Shown here: piece after piece, positions 11,465-21,835 of the stretch
How the letters are laid out: each line of letters opens with the position of its first letter
How positions within the stretch are numbered: position 1 is the first letter of the stretch
Program-made: the position numbers and the translations under genes
Notes under the pieces: model-generated
What the model was told of the DNA's origin: nothing
Seen by the model: only the letters and a program-made list of their open reading frames with translations
Databases searched by the model: none
Assembly: GCA_950097015.1 (NCBI GenBank)
Contig: CATNEN010000034.1
Location: forward strand, 7,564,001 to 7,628,000
Length of the DNA stretch: 64,000 bases
DNA from: Macrostomum hystrix
Taxonomy: Eukaryota; Animalia; Platyhelminthes
Reading direction: 5' to 3'

Positions 11465-12022
11465 ATGATTGTCAGCGGGCCAACCAATGCTGGCAAGACA
11501 ACCTTCATGAAGCAGCTAATTCAGTACAGGGATGTCATGTTTGATGTGAAGCCTGAGAGAGTCCTGTGGTACTATGGGGTTTCGCAGACATTGCACTCTG
11601 AGCTGAGCAGCCTGGGAGTGCACCTGCAGCAGGGATTCCCCAGCAACATTGAGGCGGCTCTAAGACCCAATGACCTGATTGTTTTTGATGATTTGATTGA
11701 AGAGACTTCTAACTCTGCTGCGATGCGAAATGTATTCACCGGAATCGCTCATCACTTACCCTGCTTTCTGGTAATGCTGACCCAGAATGTATTTTTTAAA
11801 GGAAAAGAGTTGCGAACGATGAGTCTGAATGCGATGTACTTTGTCATCATGAAGAACCCCAGAGACCAGCTGCAGATTGCAGCACTGGGCAGGCAGTGCT
11901 TTGCAGAGAAGCCCGGCAGGGGAGCTTACCTGCTTCTGGATTTCCACCCATCCACTCCCGATGAGCTGCGAGTGCGAGCCCGGATCCTGCCCAACCAGCG
12001 CCCCCACCTGGTTTATACCTAA
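11465..12022 (+). CDS. FtsK/A32-like genome packaging ATPase
   Basis: Walker A GPTNAGKT, Walker B LIVFDD, LTQN, RTMSLNA..MKNPRD..QI..LGRQ. The frame extends upstream (YDARLRQGSC). A short deletion after RQCF is likely. Confidence 0.92.
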   Translation: MIVSGPTNAGKTTFMKQLIQYRDVMFDVKPERVLWYYGVSQTLHSELSSLGVHLQQGFPSNIEAALRPNDLIVFDDLIEETSNSAAMRNVFTGIAHHLPCFLVMLTQNVFFKGKELRTMSLNAMYFVIMKNPRDQLQIAALGRQCFAEKPGRGAYLLLDFHPSTPDELRVRARILPNQRPHLVYT

Positions 12023-12061
12023 GAATGGCAAATACGCTGTTTTCCATATCTATACTCAACA

Positions 12062-12424
12062 ATGGACACGCTTTGTTTTCATGAAAGCATCTTTGCAATT
12101 CTTGCATCAGCGAAATATACTGTCAGCTTCAAGCGCTTGCTAATCAAGCACGGTCCGAAAGAAGTGCGAAGATTCCTTGTTGAAGCCTGTTACAACCTGT
12201 ACAGCCTGTTACAATTGGAAAACAACCTGACTTTCTCTCTTATTGAAAAGGCTGAGCTGGCAAAGTCCAAGCAGATTATTCGAAAAATCCCAGCTCAAAG
12301 AAAAGAAGCTGACTTGCTAAATTATAATTTCATAAAAATTCTGCCCACTCTGCTGAAGCTTGTGTATAGAAGAAAGAGGGAAAATGAACAAGTTCTCCGA
12401 GATGGTTCTGATTCCCAAGTCTGA
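12062..12424 (+). CDS. Small Maverick-type hypothetical protein
   Basis: 120 aa, L..A....R..L..FLVEACYNL pattern; tightly packed behind the ATPase. Confidence 0.55.
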   Translation: MDTLCFHESIFAILASAKYTVSFKRLLIKHGPKEVRRFLVEACYNLYSLLQLENNLTFSLIEKAELAKSKQIIRKIPAQRKEADLLNYNFIKILPTLLKLVYRRKRENEQVLRDGSDSQV

Positions 12425-13062
12425 GTATGACATGCTAATGAGTAATGTGAAGCCCAATGAGTCTGCAGGAGACATTGCGGTAAAGCAGGCACAGATTAAA
12501 TGTGATGATATATTGTATGCCGACGATTGCCCAGACAATGTACCTGAACGCTATGAAAAGTTTGTTGTCCAAGCGCAAGCAAGTTGGAAAGGAGAGTGTA
12601 GCAGGAGAGAGTGAAGCGGCAAAGAAACAGAAAGCAGAGATGCTGCCGAGCAGCTGGGATGAAAAGATTGCCCAGTCCGTGCCCCAGAAATTCAAAACCA
12701 GGGTTCGCAGTCTATGGGCCATCCTATCAGCCAATCCGTCTCTGATCTGGGTGGGTGACAATGGGGAGACGGAAATTTCCGGCAAGTTAATCCCCTCATC
12801 GAACATCGTTGACTTGATTCAGCATGCGGTGAGGGATTCTGAAATGCGAAATAAACCAGCCGGGTGGGATGATTTCGTTTGCTTGCTGGGACGAAAGAGT
12901 TGCAATGTCCCAGTTTCAGCTATAGCAAAATCCCTCAGACAGAAAATATCTCTGCCAGCTACCAGTGAAGAGGTTGAAGTTGGAAAAGAACGACATGCAA
13001 CTAAGGGATTTGGGTGCAAGACAGCCTGGCTGAAGCTAGGTGAGCGAAAAAAAAGTATATAA
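12384..13062 (+). pseudogene. Maverick-type conserved hypothetical protein, frameshifted near 12535
   Basis: MNKFSEMVLIPKSEY start; W..NGE..I.G..IP.SNIVDLI..P.GW..F..L..NVP.SAI motif. Confidence 0.65.
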
Positions 13063-13112
13063 GAAAGCAGCGGGCTGATTCTAATGTCCAAGAATTCGAT
13101 TCATGACTGAAA

Positions 13113-13570
13113 ATGTACTACATCGACATCCAAAGCTTTCCATGTGACAGTGATTTCATTGTGAAGGAGATGGCAGTTGTAGAAGTTAGGTCAGGAAGCT
13201 ACCTCGTCACCCACCAAGTGTATGCGTCCCTTTGTTCCTGGGAGAGGAAACTTTCCTCTGGAATGCGAATTCGATACAGACGGCTCACACAGAAGCGGCA
13301 TAGGCTAAAGTGGACCGGTGGAACCCGACCTTACACGGAGTTGGCTGCTGACATCGGGAGAATTTCATGCCAGCCCACCTGGACATGTGGGGAGAATAAA
13401 CACGTGTATTTCTGACCCAGCTGCTGGGGAGGCAGGTGTACAACCTGGAGGATCTGGGATCGCCATCTAGCAAAACATCAGATACCGGCTGCGCCGTGAG
13501 AAACGCGCTTTTGTATTACAGCTGGCTGAAGCCAACATTTTGTAGCTTAATCAACAGCTTAAGAAGCAAG
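13113..13570 (+). pseudogene. Maverick-type DEDD/exonuclease-like ORF, frameshifted near 13410
   Basis: YIDIQSF..FIVKEMAV..LKW..G..PY, continuing in a shifted frame as FLTQLLGRQVYNLEDLGSP..CAVRNA. The true end is uncertain. Confidence 0.55.
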
Positions 13571-13655
13571 CAGTGCCCGTGGCACATGAGAATTTCAAAC
13601 TGCTCCTCCTGCACTAGAAGCACGGGCAACTTCGCAAACAGCCGACGCATTAGAA

Positions 13656-14297
13656 ATGACTACTCAAGCAACAGCCCTGAGAGTGACCAACCTGGTTGGC
13701 GGTGTGGATCTGAGACTGGCCGGTGGCAGGGACGCCCAGCTTCCACTTCGGGAACTCACTCTCAGCATGGCTCACGTCATCTACCGACCCGTCTGGCCCC
13801 GAGTGCTCATCAAGAGGATGCGGAATCCGAGAGTGACACTGCTACTCTACCCCACTGGCCAACTGAGCATCTGTGGCGCCCGGAGCTACTCGGACTCAGT
13901 CAGGGGTGCCCGTCGCTTCGTGGCTATGCTGCATCGCAGAGTGCCGGCTCAACTGCTGCCTCGTCAAACTTTCAGTGTGAGGATTAAGACTATCACTGCG
14001 CATGGAAAACTTGCAATTCAAAATGTGCTAAATCTAACAAGTTTGTCACATCTGCTACCAAATGCTGAATATGAACCCGAATCATTTTCTGCTTTAATTT
14101 TCAAATTACGATTTTGCAAGTGTCTGCTTTTTCACAGTGGTTCGTTTGTTCTCAGTGGTGCCCGCTCTGTGACTGAGCTGCAAACAGATTTCACTCATTT
14201 GCAGACTGCTATCTCTGCTTTTACATACATGAACAACGGTTTTTTCAAAAGTAAAAAAAACGCAGGCGATTTAAAGACTTGGAAAGTTAATTGTTGA
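13656..14297 (+). CDS. TATA-binding-protein-like (TBP core, two repeats), intronless, element-encoded
   Basis: Repeat 1: VTNLVG..YRPVWPRVLIKRMRNPRVTLLLYPTGQLSICGARS. Repeat 2: NAEYEPESFSALIFKL..CLLFHSGSFVLSGARS. Both align to the TBP motifs NIVS..YNPKRFAAVIMR..ALIFSSGKMVCTGAKS and YEPELFPGLIYR..LLIFVSGKVVLTGAK. Confidence 0.88.
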   Translation: MTTQATALRVTNLVGGVDLRLAGGRDAQLPLRELTLSMAHVIYRPVWPRVLIKRMRNPRVTLLLYPTGQLSICGARSYSDSVRGARRFVAMLHRRVPAQLLPRQTFSVRIKTITAHGKLAIQNVLNLTSLSHLLPNAEYEPESFSALIFKLRFCKCLLFHSGSFVLSGARSVTELQTDFTHLQTAISAFTYMNNGFFKSKKNAGDLKTWKVNC

Positions 14298-14859
14298 AAA
14301 AATAATTGAGTTTTCGACTTACTTTTTCGTTTTATTTGATAAAATCTTGAAAGAAATTAACTCCCAAAACTGCCAAATTATAAACAATGAATATAGCATG
14401 CGCATTAGGAAAGCAATTTTAACGTGACAACGGATAATGTTTTAGAGGCAATAAAGTGAAAAAAAACTAAAATATTTCCTTCACCAAAAAAAACTAAAAA
14501 CTAGATAAAGATGCAAAACTTTCACCGGCATTTCACAAAATGACCACAGAAAAATAGCAATGCATTCATTGTTGCTAACACGGGAAACAAATTCTAAAAC
14601 AGACTTTGGCAAACGTTTTAACATAACATAACATAAGAAAAGACAGTGTATGAAAAAAATCGAAATAGGGCGTTGAAGAGAATAAAAGTAGAAAAAACAC
14701 TGCAAAGGCGGAAGCAAAAATAAGTTGAAAAATAAATGAAGAAAAGATTTGCTTTATCTACGATCGAGTACACAAGAAAAAAATCAACAGTGCCATTTAA
14801 TTTCTATCGGCGGATTCTCACAACTCGAGCCTCCTGCGTTTGATGACCGAACGACTGAT

Positions 14860-16620
14860 TCAGAGCATAGTGTCCAAAGGGAAGACTCTGATTACTACTC
14901 AGCCACACTCGCTTGTCTTCCCAGATTGAAAGGCTCCGCTTACTCAGAATTGACGTGAAGACAGTGTGCTTCTTGGAGACAATTGTTGCCATGGCAACCG
15001 TCTGTTCTTTTTTAGAATTGAACGCGTCGACATCGACGCTCTTAATGACAAATAGCGCTCGGAAATTTGTGGAAACACACTTAGTTTCCAATTTTCCATG
15101 CTCCCATGGGCAGTGGCAAGCAGAAGATGCAAATCCTAGCCACCCAAATTTTGGAAAATGACAGGCATAAACCTGCGCCTAAGCTGAGCTCGCATCTTAC
15201 AATTTTGGCATGCTGCACCTTTAAAAAGGCCTGTTAGATGGTCGTGGTCATAGTGTTTGTCAGTATTATTGATGAATAACTGATTGCAGTAGTGGCAAGA
15301 CTTCGCAGCAATAAAATTTACCAAGTCCGTGATTGACGACCTGTCAGCTGGTTGATGGCTATGCATCTGGTTCCAATGAAAAACTTCGCGGGCCAAGTTT
15401 TCGAGAGATTTTAGAAATCTAAAGATGCATTCATTTGGATCCGAATCGCAAAACGATTGTTACATGTCCTTTTTAGGCCTAAGTGCAGGTCCTAGCATGC
15501 CATCACTAGGTACCACAAGGTAAGCTGCGGCACAAGGCTCACGTTTGGCAATTAAATCGGGAGATTCAGTATTTTCGCGTAAAATAGCCTCCAGATCGGC
15601 ATAGACAACGTATGGTGGACTGATCGTGTTTTGAAAGTCTTTGAACTTGATTTCATTCTGTCCTGGAACAGGAAGCGTTTCCTTCACTGACTGCATCAAT
15701 TTTGCATTCAGTCTAGTGTTGTTGAAGTCTATCACTAGAGTAGAAAGAAGTCAAGCATGTTGTGCACCACTTTCTCATGGCAAGACCATTTCGACTGTTC
15801 ATCAGTCTGTCGAAATTGCTAATGGCGCACCAATTTTTCTCTCCGTAGCTGTCTTTGACGAGTAAAAGCAATAGATGGATTCGGTTACCTGCGTCATGCT
15901 TGAGACGACGGATAAGGCTTACGCTGCCTTGCTGCCATGAAAATGCTGAGATACAAATTTGCGGATTTATCACTTCAACACGATCAATATCGGCAACATC
16001 CATAGGCATTGAGACACGACTAAAGTCAAGCTCATGGATCCAATCATCGTAAGAAGAAATCTTACCAGGTGACTTTTTAACTTTTGGATACATGTGGTGC
16101 AGAGCAGCAAGACAAGCATACTTGAAACAGTCGTTGCCTGTGCTTGGTGGATTTATAACTGCGTTTTTGTTTTTCAGACTTGCAGGAAGATTGAATCTTA
16201 CGGCTCTGCCGCGGTGAAATCGAATTGGATTGTACTCGTGCTTAGCTAAGCTAATGTCAATAAAATTAATTGGACGAATTGTCCAGCCACTGCCATTAGT
16301 ATTGAGCATGCTGCAGATTTTCTCAAATTCTTGCTCCTGTCCACTGAGCCAATCATTTAGGTGTTCCACGACATCGCTCTGATCAATAGCTTGCATCTTA
16401 CAGCTTATCCATTTATCTTCTTCAGCTAGCCTCTCTCCATCTTTTATCTCTCCATATGGACATTCGCCTTCAGCTGAATCTTGTAATGATGCCTTGAAGT
16501 TCTAATTTTAGCGCGTCAATTATTAGATGCCGAGCTTGGGCAAAGAATTCAGATGGTAGAGTGTCGGAATGGCTTGGTCTTAGTATTAGGAGTTCTAGTG
16601 TCTGGTCATGGGCTTCTGCA
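14860..16620 (-). pseudogene. polB: Protein-primed family B DNA polymerase (pPolB) of the Maverick, frameshifted and with the catalytic core deleted
   Basis: N-terminal GSGW..YNP..LP..INP..DCFKY region, ExoI YADLE, zinc-binding CHYC..DHDHLTG..GAAC..C, PVIFQNL, joined almost directly to the C-terminal SLS..EDKR..SLPFGHY. Confidence 0.88.
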
Positions 16621-17927
16621 ACTCTGGTGAGACTGACTGCCTGGCCTAAAATGTGTGTTTTTTAAAAAGAATTTATTAGCTCATGTGTATTGGTTAATAC
16701 TAGTCGAATACAATATACTCGTAACTTAGCCTTTGTCTGATAAATATTCTCAACTTCAAAAACCTTCTATAAACAACCATTTGGGTTAATAAGAATAGTT
16801 CGATGGTTTTAGCAACACTAGTTAAATTAATGCAGTAACTCGTATATTTGTTTCTTTGTCGATTTTTTTTCTTAATATTCTTATTTTTCTGGTTATATCG
16901 AAACTGATTAAATTAGGGTGAAATAGAAGCGGCATAAAATGTGTCTCTTTTTAGTGGTTACAGAAATTCGTTCCTTAGGCATGTGACCCACATTCTCCTT
17001 GCTAAATTGCAGTCAACATTTGTGTTTTTGCTTGCTGTTTTATGACTCGACTGTCCAAAATCAACTGCTGTTTGAAAAGTCCAGATCTCAATGTCTGCTG
17101 CTCTGGGGTTTATTTGAGCAATGCTACATGCTATCTCACCTAACTGCTCCACACTGTCTCCTTGCATGGGCTCATCTGGGCCAAAATCGGATTCACTAGC
17201 AACGCTACTGTGCTCAGTGCTGTCGCTAGTTCCGCTGCCGCCGCCGCCGCTGTCATCGCACCTATTGGTACTACCATCGCTTTCAATGCTGTCGGATGCA
17301 TTAGTGACAACATTTTGCTCGCTGCTAGCTCTGCTGATTGCACCTGATTGCTGACCTGAGGAAAAGGACGCATTGAGTTAACTATAACTTAGCGGTTTAA
17401 ATTTACTAAATTATGTCTTTTTTTCTCCAGAAAAGAGAGATAATGATAATCGCATTGCTCACGTCTCTACAGAACTTTATGTTCTGAAATCCTAGTTGTA
17501 TAAACTGAACGAAGCAATCGAATATTAATTTATGGTCCTATAGACATGTCATCAATCAGTAGCAGCTCTACAATAGTTTTGAAATCCTGTTCTATGCACT
17601 TAACATCAAGAATTAGGAAACTTTAGTCAACTCACTGTCATTTTCTTTATTGCTTACATTCACATCACCCACAGACGCAGCAAATTCCAAAGCTTTTCAA
17701 CTCCGCTTGACTACTTCTTATCGCTGGAAAACTGTTTTCACAGATAACTGATAACAGTTAACAGTTAACAGAACACAGATAACAATTTTCACAGTTTTCA
17801 CAAAAAACATTTTCTAACTCATTATACGAAATTAACTCGTACATAACCTATAAAAATTATCAGCTGGTGCGTCCCATCTCCACTAATTTTAAGCACGGAA
17901 AATTTTCTAATTGATGAAAATTCGGAA

Positions 17928-18854
17928 TTACAGTGGCAAAAACATTATTTCATTGCTAAAATATGTTATTTTGTAACCTGATCCGGTGACAGGTGGAAGA
18001 ATGAGCTGCACTTGATTCATTTTCGCTGGAATCTCGTTCGCGGTTGGATTTCCAATTCCACCAGCTGTTGGCATCACTCCATTTGAAGCTTCGGCTGCAT
18101 TAAACTCTCCCAGGGCCTCCATTAGAAAATCAACATCTTGCTGAGGCAGCTGAACATCAGGGGGTGGCAGCTGGACGTCGGCAGAAGGCAGCTGAACATC
18201 AGGGGGTGGCAGCTGGACGTCGGCAGAAGGCAGCTGAACATCAGGGGGTGGCAGCTGGACGTCGGCAGAAGGCAGCTGAACATCAGGGGGTGGCAGCTGG
18301 ACGTCGGCAGAAGGCAGCTGAACATCAGGGGGTGGCAGCTGGACGTTGGCAGAAGGCAGCTGAACATCAGAGGGTGGCAGCTGGACGTTGGCAGAAGGCA
18401 GCTGAACATCAGGGGGTGGCAGCTGGACGTTGGCAGAAGGCAGCTGAACATCAGGGGGTGGCAGCTGGACGTTGGCAGAAGGCAGCAGAACATCAGGGGG
18501 TGGCAGCTGGACGTTGGCAGAAGGCAGCTGAACATCAGGGGGTGGCAGCTGGACGTTGGCAGAAGGCAGCTGAACATCAGGGGGTGGCAGCTGGACGTTG
18601 GCCGTTTGCCGCTGATGATGATCAATATCCTCTTCGTCGCTCCCCTCTTCCTCGTTAAAACTAACGCATGGACTGCACATCCAAAGTTGTTTGCCTCTAA
18701 TTTGCGGCGGTTGACGATCGGCATGCGGCTCAGCGAAGTCATCGTCACTGTTGGTCTCGGCGATGACCGCATTGATAAGCTGGCTGAGGGCTTGCTTTCT
18801 GCCTGCCTCCTCGCTCGCCTGATCTTGGGCTTTTTGCAGCACACTGCGTCGCAA
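17928..18854 (-). CDS. Hypothetical acidic/Pro-rich ORF with 14-aa repeats, inside the Maverick boundaries
   Basis: 308-aa ORF co-directional with polB, with 11 copies of A(N/D)VQLPPPDVQLPS. Start codon is non-ATG and the coding status is uncertain. Confidence 0.3.
   Translation of the reverse strand: MRRSVLQKAQDQASEEAGRKQALSQLINAVIAETNSDDDFAEPHADRQPPQIRGKQLWMCSPCVSFNEEEGSDEEDIDHHQRQTANVQLPPPDVQLPSANVQLPPPDVQLPSANVQLPPPDVLLPSANVQLPPPDVQLPSANVQLPPPDVQLPSANVQLPPSDVQLPSANVQLPPPDVQLPSADVQLPPPDVQLPSADVQLPPPDVQLPSADVQLPPPDVQLPSADVQLPPPDVQLPQQDVDFLMEALGEFNAAEASNGVMPTAGGIGNPTANEIPAKMNQVQLILPPVTGSGYKITYFSNEIMFLPL
18146..18603. repeat. 42-bp tandem repeat (two 21-bp halves), ~11 units
   Basis: GCAGCTGAACATCAGGGGGTGGCAGCTGGACGTTGGCAGAAG units; about 3 units remain in the duplicate at 25221-25343. 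Confidence 0.92.
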
Positions 18855-18996
18855 GTTGCGGACTCCATCGTCACCAGCAGGCAGCAGCTGATGTCCTCGA
18901 TGCCGAAGAGCAGAATTTTTTTCCCGGGCTTAATCAACCCGCATTGCCAGCAAACAGACCATGTACTTTTGTTACATCTTGAGTGGCGGTCCGACT

Positions 18997-19290
18997 GTAG
19001 ATTCAATCCTCCCAGTTTGGGATTCAAATACTCCCAGTTTGGGATTTGAATACTCCTAGTTTTGGATTTGAATACCCCTAGTTTGGGATTTGAATACTCC
19101 CAGTTTGGGATTCAATCCTCCCAGTTTTGGATTCAATCCTCCCAGTTTGGGATTTGAATACTCCTAGTTTTGGATTTGAATACCCCCAGTTTGGGATTTG
19201 AATACTCCCAGTTTGGGATTCAATCCTCCCAGTTTGGGATTCAATCCTCCCATTTTGGGATTTGAATACTCCTAGTTTGGATTTGAAAGA
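18997..19290 (-). repeat. 21/22-bp minisatellite array
   Basis: TCCCAGTTTGGGATT units. Confidence 0.9.
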
Positions 19291-19377
19291 AGAAACAAAA
19301 ATGGCTCGTACTCGTATTTTGTGCCACGATTCGAACAACTGACGAGAGCAGTTTATTTGTAAGAGTTCCAGGTCTCA

Positions 19378-19914
19378 CTAATTGATCACAGTGACCTTCC
19401 ACTTATCTTTAATATAATTCTGGCAGGCAATACTGCTAAAAGATGATCCCTTCGGCCATTTGTCAACAATGTAGGCGTGACTCCAGTACATATTCCTGAT
19501 GGTCACAATGTCACCATCTTTGATGTTCATAGAGTTGTCCTGATTCACAATGAACCACATCTGACCACGATCAGCGGCTCCTTTTTGAAGGTAGATTGCA
19601 TAGCCGTTGCCGCATTGTGCATAGATCTCTTTAATATAACCAGGATTGTCGAGGACGATCTTCTTAGAGCCATGCCAGGCGTCTTCGAATCGGAATGAGG
19701 TTGGCTTACCGGTTGCGACATTACCGGTTGCGACCAATAATAACGCACCTTTGTCTTCACCAACGTCTATGCGGTTCCCTGTTGCCACATTGATCAGCGA
19801 AACCAGCGAGCTTTGGCTGATGACTGCGCGTTTCGAAGCTGCAAGAGGCAGTGCTAGGCAGAGTGCCAGCAGGACCAGCGTCAGTAGGATGACAGAACTG
19901 CTTTGATTGGGCAT
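19378..19914 (-). CDS. Secreted beta-trefoil-like protein, paralog 3
   Basis: 178-aa intact ORF; TATA at 19986-19992 and AATAAA at 19352-19357. Confidence 0.85.
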   Translation of the reverse strand: MPNQSSSVILLTLVLLALCLALPLAASKRAVISQSSLVSLINVATGNRIDVGEDKGALLLVATGNVATGKPTSFRFEDAWHGSKKIVLDNPGYIKEIYAQCGNGYAIYLQKGAADRGQMWFIVNQDNSMNIKDGDIVTIRNMYWSHAYIVDKWPKGSSFSSIACQNYIKDKWKVTVIN

Positions 19915-20334
19915 TCCAATTCAATTTCTGGCAGTTTCAATAAACGAACCGAGAAATTGGAGTTTGATTTGAATTTCTCAGAAGCTTATATAGAGCTTTT
20001 GGTTGATTGGAATTTTTAACGTTAAGCGCAGACGAGCAGAGAAAACTGTTTCTTTCCTAGGAACTACATTTTTACCTTCAGGAATGCAGATGACGTTGTG
20101 GTTGCGTTGCAATCAATAAGGAAAATTTTAATCTGATTCACTCCTCAGGAGTATCTCTGTGCATGTGGCTTTGCTTCAAGTCGGATACACATTTTCAACT
20201 AAAATTTGAAACCGCTATCAGATTAAGAAATATTTCTTAGAAGGAAATTCTTAAAAAAAGTGGAAAAGTTTTCTTGATTTTCGTTCAGTGCTTCACTTCG
20301 CAATTGCTGTGCTTCGAGCGTTGCCTGCAAGTGA

Positions 20335-20870
20335 TACTCCCAGTTTGGGATTTGAATACTCCCAGTTTGGGATTTGAATACTCCCAGTTTAGGATTCAAA
20401 CACTCCCAGTTTGGGATTCGAATACTCCCAGTTTGGGATTCGAATACTCCCAGTTTGGGATTTGAATACTCCCAGTTTGGGATTCAATCCTATCAGCTTG
20501 GAATTCAATCCTACCAGCTTGAAATTTAATCCCCTCAGCTTGGAATCCAATCCTCCTTGATTAAAATTCAAATCCTCCTAGTTTGGGATTCAAACCTGGC
20601 AGTTTGGATTCAATCCTCCAATTTTAGGATTCAACCTCCCAGTTTGGAATCCAATACTCCCAGTTTGGAATCTAATACTCCCAGTTTGGAATCCAATACT
20701 CCCAGTTTGGAGTTCAAATACTCCCAGTTTGGAATTTAATCCTCCCAGTTTGGGATTCAATCCCACCAGTTTGGGATTCTATTTTTCCAGTTTGGGATTT
20801 AATCCTCTCAGCTTGGAATCCAATCCTCCCAGTTTGAAATTCAAATCCTTCTAGATTGGGATTTAAGTCC
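20335..20870 (-). repeat. 21/22-bp minisatellite array
   Basis: Same family as 1575-3487, reverse orientation. Confidence 0.9.
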
Positions 20871-20888
20871 TTCCAGTTCCAGAGCAGA

Positions 20889-21194
20889 GGTTGTAGCCTC
20901 GTGGTAAGTCGGACTCACGACTTGAAGGTCGGGGGTTCGATTCTCGACTCCACTGGAACAATTTGCGTCCCTTGGCAAGACACTTAACTCTGCATTGCTT
21001 CAGTTCACTCAGCTGTTAAATGGGTACCAGCATCAGCTGGGATAATTGAAGGTGGGTGTGTCGTCCCCCCAGTCCGTGGACTGAACAGCTGTACGCAGCC
21101 TTCAGATGCGCCGCGTATTAGCTGCGGCTGTGCTGTCGGCTGCACATCTGACCCGATTGGGGCAGGTGTAATCAATTTTTGTTATTATTATTTT
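20889..21194 (+). mobile_element. tRNA-derived SINE with CORE-like central domain
   Basis: A box TAGCCTCGTGG, B box GGTTCGATTC, central CCTTGGCAAGACACTTAAC...CAGCTGTTAAATGGG resembling the MIR/CORE domain, (TTA)n tail. Second copy at 30174-30477. Confidence 0.75.
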
Positions 21195-21835
21195 AGTTTG
21201 GGATATAACCCTGGCAGATTGGGAATCAATCCTCCCAGTTTGGGACTTGTAAGCTGGAGAACTCAAGTCAAGTCTTGTTCGCTGACAAGCCAACAGTTGA
21301 GGGCCAGAGCCAAAGCTTGCGATCTATTTATTATGCACAGACTTTACGATGAATGCACGTTGATTATTGAAACGATTTGATTGGTTGAGGGCTAAAACAT
21401 GCACTGACACGCAGGTGGATATGCGGTGAGTAAACACTGCTAGAGAGAGACAGCGCACGACAGATAGGGAGAAAGATAACACAAAATGTAAACGAGGACT
21501 GAAGCATAAAAGTGCAACCGCAAAACCAACACACACTGGGAGTATGTCAATATCAGACTGGGTTGATTGAATGCCAAACAGAGCCAATCCCCTGCTGCAA
21601 TCTAATGCTGAACGGCAGTCAATCTCATGCCAAATCTCGACAGCGGAAAATCACGCCACCAGTGCTTCTCCGTGATCACTTGCAGGCAACGCTGGAAGCT
21701 CAGCAACTGTGAAGCGAAGCACAGAGATACTCCTGATGAGTAAATCACGTTAAAGTTTTCCTTATTGATTGCAACGCAACCACAACGTCATCTGCATTCC
21801 TGAAGGTAAAAATGTAGTTCCTAGGATTAAAATGT

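Noticed and set aside
13656-14297. Host TBP/TRF gene
   Set aside because: Intronless, highly divergent, lacks an N-terminal domain and is embedded in the viral gene run between TIRs.
9584-16620. Contaminating bacterial or phage contig
   Set aside because: The genes are of eukaryotic Maverick type, are frameshifted, and are interleaved with host satellites, Gypsy relics and duplicated host DNA.
20889-20960. tRNA gene (also 30174 and 39250-39323)
   Set aside because: A/B boxes are present but I could not fold a complete cloverleaf, and each continues into a repeated body with an AT-rich tail: these are SINE heads.
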